Positions 54,101 through 64,000 of a stretch of 64,000 bases of DNA are shown one piece after another; the first letter of the stretch is position 1; the number at the start of each line of letters is the position of its first letter. The translations under genes and the position numbers were made by a program. Origin of the DNA: Tubulanus polymorphus. Its lineage: Eukaryota > Animalia > Nemertea. Below the pieces are notes generated by a model, which worked only from the letters and a program-made list of their open reading frames with translations, was not told the DNA's origin and made no database searches. The stretch is taken from NCBI RefSeq assembly GCF_964204645.1, contig NC_134028.1, forward strand, positions 8,122,001 through 8,186,000, in the 5' to 3' direction.

Positions 54101-57100
54101 CTGTTTCTGAAACTGACAGAGTTGTTCCAGCCGGAGCATTTTTCGAATCCACCGATTGCAGCGAAGCGACAGTTTTTCCTTTGAATATGACGTGTGGTGC
54201 CAGCATTTGCCCTGAGGCATTACCACACGCCATAACAGTAATCGTCTCCCGGTTTCCGCTAATCCGTGACTGAACGTACTTGCTTCCTTTTCTGAAAAAA
54301 CCAAGTAGGCCTATTCATTAAGGTATCAGCAGAGAATTGTAAAATTAAACTCTGTTTCTAGATGATATATTAACAATAAGAATGTAGTTGTAATAAGATC
54401 AGTGTAATTGGCCAGTTCGTTACATCAAAAATCATCAATTTGCCCTACCTTGCTACGATTTTCCCTGGTACGTGGGTCAACTGAACCCCGGTTTCGTCAA
54501 GGTTCCAGATGTACATTGGCTGAATACCAGCCAATGCACTCTGGATGGCCTTGAAATAGCTGCCTACTTTTTTCACGTTCATGCACTGGTGCCTAACAGC
54601 AGCAGTGCCCTCTGGCTTTCGCAACGATACGCTTGGGTGTCTGGCTTTAAAGCCAGCCCAAAACTGGTCACTAGGAACAACCTACAGATATAAATACCGG
54701 TATATATATATAGGTTTTTTTAACTTATAGGCCTACATACCAAGCTGAGAATTAACAGATCACAAGTCAATAGACATACCTCCTGGAATGGTTTGCCGCG
54801 TTTGAGTGCCAAATCACCAGCATACCTCAGAAAATTACTTTTCGAAAACCCATACCCCAAATCAGCTCGGTTCTTTGCAAAGTCTGCAAGTTTTGTCTCA
54901 TCCACCATGCTGAGATGGGTCGGCCTGCCTAATTTTGCTGTTGCATGACAGATTTTTCCACTAACTCTATCATGCAGAGTTGATTTTGGTACAGAAAACT
55001 CACTGGCTGCTCTCAATATCGAAGAGCCAGATTTCACTGATTCAATCGCGTTGGTCATTTGGTCTTCTGACCATTTGCAATAAACCTTTGGCATCCTGGA
55101 AATAAAACCAAATTTTAAATTAATGCTTACAGAGAAAGGGCACTGTCCTCGGGCCGATAAAACAGCTTAGGGTTAAGACCTTCAATTTGTGGTAGTTTTT
55201 CAATTTGTTTTAATTTTATTAGGCTGCTACAGTCATTAGCCACAAGGTCCAACTAATTATAGGCCTAAGCTTAAATAAATTCAATTTTAATCTAAAAAAG
55301 TTGTTTGTTGTTTTGAATTAGAAATAGAATCGTTCATTTCTAGGAAAAACAGCTGTGTAAACATACGCAATAACAATTATACATTATTTCGGAACTTCCG
55401 AAATTACGTGGAGGAGCCGTGAAAGCTGGGTATGGGATTTCCGAAATTATGTGTAGGCGTTTGAGTTTTTGAAAATCGACGTTTATGTAACAATGAGCGT
55501 ATTCCGATAGTAAATGAATGTTTATAAACAAACTATCGGCTTCCTAGAACTTCGCGGCAGTGTTTACGTATCGGCTGCCACGAAATGCCGTAAAAGCGGG
55601 TCGAATCAATAGTGTACTTACGTGACCGACTTTAGCGATTTGCCGCGCTGATTTCGTGTGCCAGAAAGAAATGCGTACTACGTCATCAAAATGGCGCGGA
55701 TTCCCGTGGAATTCCCAGGAAATACCAACCTACTCCCCCTTTTTCAAATTTAAGCTAGTCCAAATAGGTATTCCCTCTCCGCGACCGCGGAGAGGCCGTA
55801 GAAGAAAACTTCCGAACTTATGTGGTCTTCCGAAATTACAGTGAGTTACCCTATTAGATTTAGCTCTTAAGAATCAAATTGAATCGGTAACTCGCGCAGG
55901 GATCAATTTTGAAGGACTTGTCACATTCCAAAGGGGTACTTAGATGTCCACAAATCAGTATTAGGCGCATATCTACACTGAAAATGCACCTACTATCTCT
56001 GATGACAAAATGCGAAAGCCAAAGGGCACTCAAAAAAAAAAATTTGATTTGATGGATTTGTACAAGTCTCATAAGTCTCCATGTGTGGAACTGGCCCCAT
56101 ATTATTATTTGCTTGTCCACCTTTTGAGAAGTAGCCCTTCGTACACATTTTTGCTCATTCTTACATTAGTCTGATCGATAATTAATTGTTGTTTTTTTAT
56201 TAATGAGCGTAAATTGGGACTGAACCGTATCGACTGTGTTTGTAGATATGATGAATCTTTTGCCGGAATCGATGGATCACACGAAAGATGGCATCGCAAA
56301 ACTATGCGAGCAGTGGTGGGCGTCGGAGATCGAAGGTCGCGAGGAACTGATCTCGCAAACGATGCTTTATCTATTGCAGAAAGGTTCCGATCCTAAAGTG
56401 AAGGTTGGTGCTGATATTAATCAAATTGAACATTTGGCATTGAAATGTGCTGACTCTAGCCTGACTTCTGCTAATAAATCCTGCATCAGCAATTGAAAAA
56501 TCCGTTGCGATTCTTACGATTTCAGATAGTTCATATCAAGCGTATATGGAATGTGCATATGGCTTTAGGGAAATTCAATTTTGAAAACAAAAGTTTTAAG
56601 CAAATGAAAGATTTGATTCTACGCTGTTGCATTCCAACGTTTGTCAAGTGTGAAGAAGTAAGTAAAAAAAGTACTTGAGACTCCTCAGCATCTAGTTCAC
56701 ACAACTAGAAATATTTACGTACATTGTATTTGTACTAACTACAAAGTTCCCTAAATCCGTTACTGACTACCTAATCAACTTCCTAGTCAACCGTATTTCT
56801 GTGATAGGCCTATCTACCTTACGTTCAGGATGGTAGTGCCACACACTCTAAAAATTTCACATTCACTAATACTGTATTACACTCAATATATTTCAGGGCC
56901 GAAAATTTTTGACTTTCGTGTTCAGTCTTAATTTGAATTTTATGGATGAACTACATGAAACGATCAAAAGTCAATTACCGTGTTGCCCGCGAACTTTCCT
57001 CGAATGTTACGCCAAAATCTATTTCAACGCGTGGAAGGCGGCTAGTTCTGACTCATTTCGAGAGGTCTGTTGCTATTCTTCTTCTCATTTTAAAGCTTTT

Positions 57101-60100
57101 TGATTTCGTTGCGGTAGGGGCATTTTTTATTATTATTATTCTTTATTCACGAATTAAATTACACTAGAAAATTACAACAAGATAATATAATAAAATAATG
57201 TAATTCAAGTCGATGGACACCAGGAGAAGTTACAAACTTATATCCATGAAACATGGCCCTGGTGCCCATAGAAATCAAACACACGCACGCACACACACAC
57301 ATGTACACAACCCTGCACCACAACACTCACGCATACGCATACGCACGCACGCACGCACGCACGCATGCACGCACACACATCCATAATGACAAGTTAAGTT
57401 CAGATCGACCTATAAACGCATATTAAACAAATGTTAAATTTCTATTGACCCGTTAACAGATGCTGTTTGAAATTCTTTTTAAATACATAAACATTCTTCG
57501 ACTGCTTTAAAGTTGAATCGAGTGAATTCCAAAGTTTTGGACCAGAAACCTTTACCGAAAATTTATTTCTTCGAGTTTGAAATCGAGGGATTTCCATATT
57601 GTTTTGGCTACGAGTTTGATAATTGTGGATTTCATGTCGAAATTGAAAATAGTTATTAAAAGAATCAGGTAGCATGGATTTGTTATAATTAAACATGAAG
57701 CATCCTAACTGTAATTTGTTCATTTCTTTAATTCTCAGTATTTTCAGTCTTTTAAAGAGTGAATCAGTATGTTCTAAATAATATGAATTTGTTATTATTC
57801 GAACCGCACGTTTTTGAAGTAGTAATAATGAATCTAAATAGACATTAAAATTTTGAGCCCAAACTATGTTACAATAACTTAAATACGGTTCCACTAAACT
57901 AAAATACAATTGAATAAGAGTTTTCTCAGGTAAAAATCGTTTTAATCTATTTAACATACTGATACTCTTCGATACCTTGCGTTGAACATTATTGATATGA
58001 TCAATCCATGAAAGTTTATCGTCAATATTTATACCCAAAAAATTTGTGCTATGAACTTGATCAATATTAATTCCGCTGATTTGAATCAAAATGTTAAGTG
58101 GTAGTTGTGAGCCAAATACCATGCAATGAGTTTTTGGCAAGTTTAAAGATAATTTATTAGCGTAAAACCACGTGGCTAGTTTATCAAGTTCACTAGACAC
58201 GGTCAATGCAAGGTGATGAATATCGGAACCGCTCGCAAAGACATTAGTGTCATCTGCAAAAAGCGTAAATTTCAAAATGTTGCTGACATTAACGCAGTCA
58301 TTTATGTATGTTAAAAAAAGTAACGGTCCCAAAATGGAACCTTGAGGCACACCAGTAGATATATTCAAAAGTTGAGACTTACAATTTTCAATTTGAACAG
58401 TTTGTTGTCGGTTTTCCAAATAATTTCTAAACCAGCAAAGTGCGCGACCTTTAATTCCATAAAAATCTAATTTTGACAATAATATTTCATGGTTGACTGT
58501 ATCAAAGGCTTTAGATAAGTCCAAATAAACACCGATAGTGGGATTTTTATTTTCAAGATTATATGAAATTTCATCAATAATTTTGATGACTGCCATGGCA
58601 GAGGAGTGATTCTTTCTAAAACCGAATTGATTTGAATTTATGATAGAAAATTTATCACAATAAGACATTAGTCTGTTGTACACGACTTTTTCAAGAATCT
58701 TTGAAAAGCAAGGCAAAATTGAGATAGGCCGGTAATTATTAAAGTTATCTTTGTCACCACTTTTGTATAAAGGTCGAATTCTAGCGATTTTTAATTTGTC
58801 CGGAACAATTCCAGTCTGTAGACTCATGTTAAAAACATGGCAGAGAGGATCTTTAATTAAGTCAAAAATTTTTTTTGTTACTTTCATGCTAATCTCATCG
58901 GTACCCAAACCTTTATTGGAGTCAAAATTTTTTACTATATTCATCAGTTCGACTGGTGTTGTTGGGAACAAAAAGAAGTTTTCATTTGGGCTGTTATGCA
59001 GGAAATCCTTAAAATTTATATTTGTGCTAGGGATCTTTTCGGCAAGCTTATTACCGATGTTTACAAAGTACTCATTAAATTTATTAGCAATGTTAGCTTT
59101 TCCATTTATAGGTGTCCCATTAAGTTTGAATACGTCAGGTAATTCTTCCGAGTTTGATGACTTACCAAGAATATTGTTAATAATTTTCCATGTTTGTTTC
59201 ATATCATTAGAAGCCGAAAATAATTGCACACTGTAATAGGATTTTTCTGCACATTTTAACAAATTACCAAGAATATTTTTATATCTTGAATATTTATGCT
59301 TACGCGCTTCCGTAGGATTTCTTATGAATATTTTGTATAAACAATTTTTACGTCTAATTGATTTTAAAAGACCAAGTGACACCCAGGGTTTATTACTATT
59401 TACTTTATTAGTTTTAGAATTTATTAATGGGAAAGATTCGTCATAAAGTGATTTAAACATAGCAAGAAAAAGATCATAGGACTCATTGGCATCTAAACTA
59501 TTTGATACTGTCGACCAGTCTACTGACTGCAGTTTCCGAATGAAAAAATCGATATTGCGCTCACAAAAATTCCTTGTCTTGATATTGTTCACTGGAGTAG
59601 TGGGTTCTTTATCACCACATACAACAAAAATTGGGAAATGATCCGAGATATCGGTACATAAAATACCGGACTTAAAACTCCCGTCAAGGTTATTACAAAA
59701 AATATTATCTATTAATGTGGCTGACTCAGTAGTTACTCTAGTCGGTTTATCAATCAAAGGACAAAAGGAATTTGCAATCAAAGTATTTATAAAAACATCA
59801 GTTGGATGATGCACATCAGACATGAGTAAGTTGATATTGAAATCTCCAAAAAGATAGCAATTTTTGTTTTCACGATTTAATTTGTCCAGAAGTGTATTAA
59901 ATTCATCTTGAAAACCTTGAATTTTTAATCCAGGTGGTCTGTATATAATTCCAACTATAGTGTTTTTATGCTTCTTAGAGTTAATTTCTACAAATAAAGA
60001 CTCAAACGTCGACTCATCTTTACTTAAATCAGAACGTAGATTAAAAACTAAATTATGTTTGAGATACAAAGACACCCCACCCCCTCTTATCCCATTTTCC

Positions 60101-63100
60101 CTACATCTAAAAATACTTTTGTAACCGTTCAGGTGGTACATGTTGCTGTTGTTGTTAATTTGGCTAGCCCAAGTTTCAGAAAGACCAATGACCGAAAATT
60201 CAAGTTTTAAAATATCCAGATAATGAGCTAGAGCGTCAAAATTTTTATCCTCCTCCAAAAGGGGGACTGCGCTTAACTGTCTGTTTGTGCACCTGTCAGT
60301 ACATTACTGGCGGCTAACATCCTTGTGTACGAGATACTGATTGAACCAGTGGATGGAATCTTAAGCGTTATGAAATATTGTCGGATTATTTCAGGAAGAA
60401 CCCTATCGAGTTAAGAGGTTCCACCTTTTAAGATGGCTGACTGAGAGCCATCTTAGTTCCGTGAAATAGATACTTTGCATATATACTTGTGTACAAGATG
60501 CTAACTGAACCAGTTGATGGAGTATTTTCACCAGGGGCATTGAATATTAGAAATATCAGATTTTCAAGCATTTCATGTCAGCATAGTGTCCCTTAGGGAC
60601 ACTATTTCATGTCAGCATAAAGTCCCTCAGGGACACTATGCTGACATGAAATGCTTGAAAATCTGGGTCCAAGGCCTGGACCCTTAGCTTATATCGATGC
60701 CATAACGGGAACACTAAGTGTTTTGCTTGTTGATATTCATTTGTACGGTTTTCAATTTGCAGAAAGTTGAGAAATCTTGCATTCAAGATCTGATCTTCCG
60801 TGCGGTTCATGCGATGCGTTTGCCAGCAAAGAATATGGCCCTGATTATTCGCACGGTAAAGTTGTTAATTCATCATAGGATATTCGTTTAAATTCCCCCT
60901 TTCACACCATCAGTTCCACTCATTATCCCAAGAGTGAAATTTGATTTCAATCCCGGAGTTTAAAACATTTCCAATACCGTAGAACTCGCATAATTCAGAT
61001 CACCTAAGACTGGAAAATTTTGTTTCTAACAAAATCGGAAATTATGCGCTCTCATTTGAATAAAAATAACCTATAGAGGGGACTGTAATTTTTGTCCGAA
61101 ATAAGTGAAAATCCGTAAAGTACTGTATCTCAACAAATTTGGAATCCGGTTTCCAGTCCTCAACAATCGAAAAAATTGTGTTTGTAGGTTTTGGGATGTT
61201 TCACTAAACAAAAGAAACAGGTCGGAGTTGAAGAGATGTTGCTGCGACTGTGTTCACCAATCATTTGGCGCTCACTTCAGGTCAGCTTTATTTGATTATT
61301 TACAATAATGGGTTTCTTCCATTGTTCCAAAATCTTTTGAAATTATAATAATGATAATGATAATAATAATCATGATTTGTTTGTTTTATATAGCGCTATA
61401 CTATGAGATAAACATAGCGCTTAATTATTTCCGATGTGCATACATTTGCCAGTGGAATCTTTGTATGTTGACTTAGAAAATTGATTGTTTTTCTCGACAG
61501 GTAGTCAATGCCAATGTGCGTGCAAATGCTGCTTCGCTTTTGATCGAAGTTTTTCCATTGAGAGATTCTGATGTTAAACAGAACGAGGTCCTCTTACAAA
61601 GACAACTTGATGCATTGCAGGTAATGTACAAAATCTTAAAAAAATTATAATTTCGTGCGCAGGAGATTTGAAAAGCATTGTGGCTAGGTGATTTAGACCA
61701 TTGGGCCCAGTATCATTGACAGGTATTTACCTCAACCCGGGAGTTAACTCAATTTATTTTCAATTAAGTCAACCCCGGGTTAATACCAGTCTACGTATAA
61801 AAACAGTCCCTGGTCTTTGAGTCGGGTCTTGTCAATTCTAGGTTCTTTCGGCTCAAATCCTACAAAAATTTGGAAATCTGAATTTACTATATATTTGAAA
61901 TCAATTATTAAAGGTACTGTGGTGTAGACGCACTAGAAAAGCAGTATGTCCGTTATTCAACACACTGGGGTGGAATTCTTTAGAAGTTATCTTGAGTACT
62001 TTCTTAGGTTATGAAAGGGTTACGGGGCTATTGAGAGATTGGATGAAAATGAATGCCTTAGATTTTGTATTTGATCGTTTTTCAGAATCTTCTCGTCGAT
62101 ACTTGTGCAGACGTTAGAACTGTCGCTGTATATGGAGTTTGTAAGGTCTGTTGCGTATATTGGGAACTGGTTCCCGCTGAGATAGTCAAACAATATCTGA
62201 CCAGTCTTACGCAACATTTAGTTTATGACGGAACCAGCGCGGATGTCCGAGTAGCCGTATTCCGGGTAAGTCATAATTCGAAAGTCCGACGGACATTAAA
62301 AAAAGAAGAGACTAATCCATGGTGGCATAATTGATCGTTTTGTTATAGGGTTTTACTCATTTGTTGGACAATTACCTTAGTCATCCGGTGTTGAAGCAGT
62401 TGTTGCCGCGCTTGCAGGATTTCATTCACGACCCTTCGGAGAAAGTTCGCATTGCGGTCGTCGAAATGTTGCTGAAAATTCATCCGATTCGAGGAATAAA
62501 GGTATCGTATTCATTTGGATAAAGTTATAGAAGATTCTAGATTGATTCAAAATAATAGATTAATAATAATGACATAAAATTGTAATTAAATGTCTTCTTT
62601 TAAAACCAGTTTTTACAAAATTTGATGAGAGTACTTTGAAGCTATGTTGATGGCTGTATAATAATATGTAGTTAGTGTTTTAATGTCAAATCTAACTGAA
62701 AGTTCAATGAAAATACCTTTCTTTACAGTGTTAAATTGGTAATAACGCTCTACATTTTTTTCTAGTCCAAATTGTGGCATTTAATCTTTTGAAAATAAAA
62801 ATAAATTTAATATTTTTGACATATTTCTAAAATTTGATTTGATATTTAGTGCACACTGATAATTTCATGCGCTGTCTGTGAGCTCAAAGGACTAAATAAT
62901 TCACGATAGTGTATCCCTGGTTAAATCTAATTGTAGGTTTGGTCGGTCGTACCGATGACTCATCTGCTCACGCGTTTAGAGCTCGATTCCGCGGCTGTGA
63001 TTCGTCGAATCGTGCGTCTGATCTTCCCGAGTTTTGTCCCCATCGACAAGTCGAACGACACTTTGCTCAAACGTTGTTTAGCGTTGCTGCAAACGAATCC

Positions 63101-63799
63101 GCGCGCCGCTCGAGTCTTCTTTCAGTACTCGCTGAAACATATGTCCGTGAAAAGTGTCGGTACGTAAGTCATGCCAGGATGATTTATTACGTATATGCGT
63201 GAAACCTTGATTTTTTAACCCCCTTGTATGCAAGCATTTTAAAGTTTGTTGCGTACATGCTGTCTGCATACTGAGGCTTTTTTAATCCTCAAGAGCATAG
63301 ATTTTTAAAGAAAAAATGGAAATGCAAAGGGAGAACAAAGAAAAATGAAAGTAAAAATTCATTACAGACGATATGAAATGATAGGGAACAGGAAGTGAAA
63401 TAAAAACGTGAATATTTTCGAGTATTTTCCACATAAAATCTAGATAAAATAAAAAAGGAGTGAAAATTGTGAATTCTGATGATGGGAGAAATGAAGAAAA
63501 ATAACTCTTTGCAAATCATGTGATTGAAATTTAAAACAGACGTCGTGATGAAATCGTGATGAAAACACTGCAGAGAGCTAGGAAAATTCTAATTGATGTT
63601 TTTTGTTTAATTCTCACAAGGCGAATCTTATACTCCCAGTATTAAAGGCTTTCAATTACGAAAACATGTTGCGTGAAATATTCTTTTCTCTCGTTTTTTA
63701 GAAAAATATCTACTGGTGCTCACCTCGTGTGTAATGTCCTGCGTCAAGAAAGAGCTCGCCAAAGAAAATCCAGATCTAAGTCAAGATCTAAATGATCAG
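48114..63799 (+). CDS. NCAPG2: Condensin-2 complex subunit G2; multi-exon, continues beyond window end
   Basis: Exon 1 [22 protein letters not shown] (48114-48200). Later exons give [121 protein letters not shown] and [10 protein letters not shown]. Confidence 0.9.
48438..48546. mobile_element. Short palindromic MITE-like element (similar elements at ~30459-30567, ~38485-38558, ~61703-61810)
   Basis: GGACCCAGTTTCACAAAAAGG / CCTTTTTGTGAAACCGGACC inverted ends. Confidence 0.55.
48612..48815. mobile_element. MITE with 26-bp TIR (Merlin-like), copy 2
   Basis: Same TIR as 31286-31499; 8-bp TSD aaatggtt/gaatggtt (1 mismatch). Confidence 0.85.
48832..48903 (+). pseudogene. tRNA-derived SINE head or tRNA pseudogene
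   Basis: A box TGGTCTAGTGG and B box GGTTCGAGTCT at tRNA spacing; no convincing acceptor stem. Confidence 0.5.
50164..50432. mobile_element. piggyBac-type MITE; partial second copy at ~61915-62022
   Basis: TTAA-CCCTTTCA ... TGAAAGGA-TTAA; shared CCGTTATTCAACACAC..GGGTGGA block with ~61950. Confidence 0.7.
50612..55851 (-). mobile_element. Full-length pogo/Fot1-like (IS630-Tc1-mariner superfamily) DNA transposon, 5,240 bp, in NCAPG2 intron 3
   Basis: TA TSDs at 50610-11 and 55852-53. Termini GGGTAACTC / GAGTTACCC. Subterminal GTAA(G/T/A)TTCGGAA repeats at both ends (50622-50634, ~50806-50862; inverse at ~55397-55450, ~55810-55840). Confidence 0.9.
51755..55094 (-). CDS. Transposase (HTH_psq + CENP-B-type HTH + DDE_1, DD35D), 690 aa, 12 coding exons
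   Basis: Exons 55094-54780, 54681-54449, 54291-54087, 53996-53809, 53730-53493, 53413-53348, 53033-52826, 52745-52546, 52441-52379, 52290-52232, 52136-52070, 51985-51755 total 2073 nt in frame. Motifs [34 protein letters not shown]...[23 protein letters not shown]. Confidence 0.9.
57126..60245 (-). mobile_element. 5'-truncated non-LTR retrotransposon (L2/CR1 group, Crack/Daphne-like) in an NCAPG2 intron
   Basis: ORF2 with APE + RT, a 3' UTR with (GTGC)n/(GT)n, and a (TAA)n tail at ~57126-57140. Confidence 0.9.
57442..60245 (-). CDS. LINE ORF2: AP endonuclease + reverse transcriptase (N-terminally truncated, otherwise uninterrupted)
   Basis: [77 protein letters not shown]. Confidence 0.93.
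60557..60665. repeat. Perfect 37-bp inverted repeat with an internal partial duplication
   Basis: CAGATTTTCAAGCATTTCATGTCAGCATAGTGTCCCT at 60557-60593 and its reverse complement at 60629-60665. Confidence 0.85.
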
Positions 63800-64000
63800 G
63801 TTTGAATTTTTTCATCCATTTCCATAAAGCATAATAATAATGATTCATTTTTCATTTAACTACATTAGAAAGTAGGGTTATTTTCACAATTTGGAATAAC
63901 GAGGTGTTAGTGATAAAGTGATTACATGATTGATCCAAATATAGGACTAGTTGATTCGTTACATTTAGAAATGGTGCGACTAGTTCGAAACTGTTACATT

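Noticed and set aside
58751-59236. 161-aa plus-strand ORF
   Set aside because: Antisense shadow of LINE ORF2.

Overview
Eukaryotic (metazoan, probably marine invertebrate) genomic DNA with short GT-AG introns. Genes in order: CHTF18 (-, 3' end runs off the window) head-to-head with an intronless CSPP1 (+); MRM2/FTSJ2 (-); DPM3 (-); an intronless class A GPCR (-); a divergent SLC15/POT transporter (+); a secreted phospholipase A2 (-); ERCC8/CSA (+); a DBH-like monooxygenase locus (-); NCAPG2 (+, runs off the window). Two findings stand out. (1) The monooxygenase splices by hand into one ~1,300-aa chain with two complete DOMON + Cu-monooxygenase modules, all copper ligands intact in both, and a 101-bp nucleotide-identical tract shared between modules. 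(2) An apparently intact 5.2-kb pogo/Fot1-like (DD35D) DNA transposon in NCAPG2 intron 3 has a 690-aa transposase split into 12 coding exons, with an extra C-terminal beta-rich domain. Also present: a 5'-truncated L2/CR1-group LINE with an open ORF2, a gypsy-type solo LTR, many MITEs and minimal hammerhead-ribozyme-like motifs. Gene names come from recognised motifs and hand splicing, not database searches.
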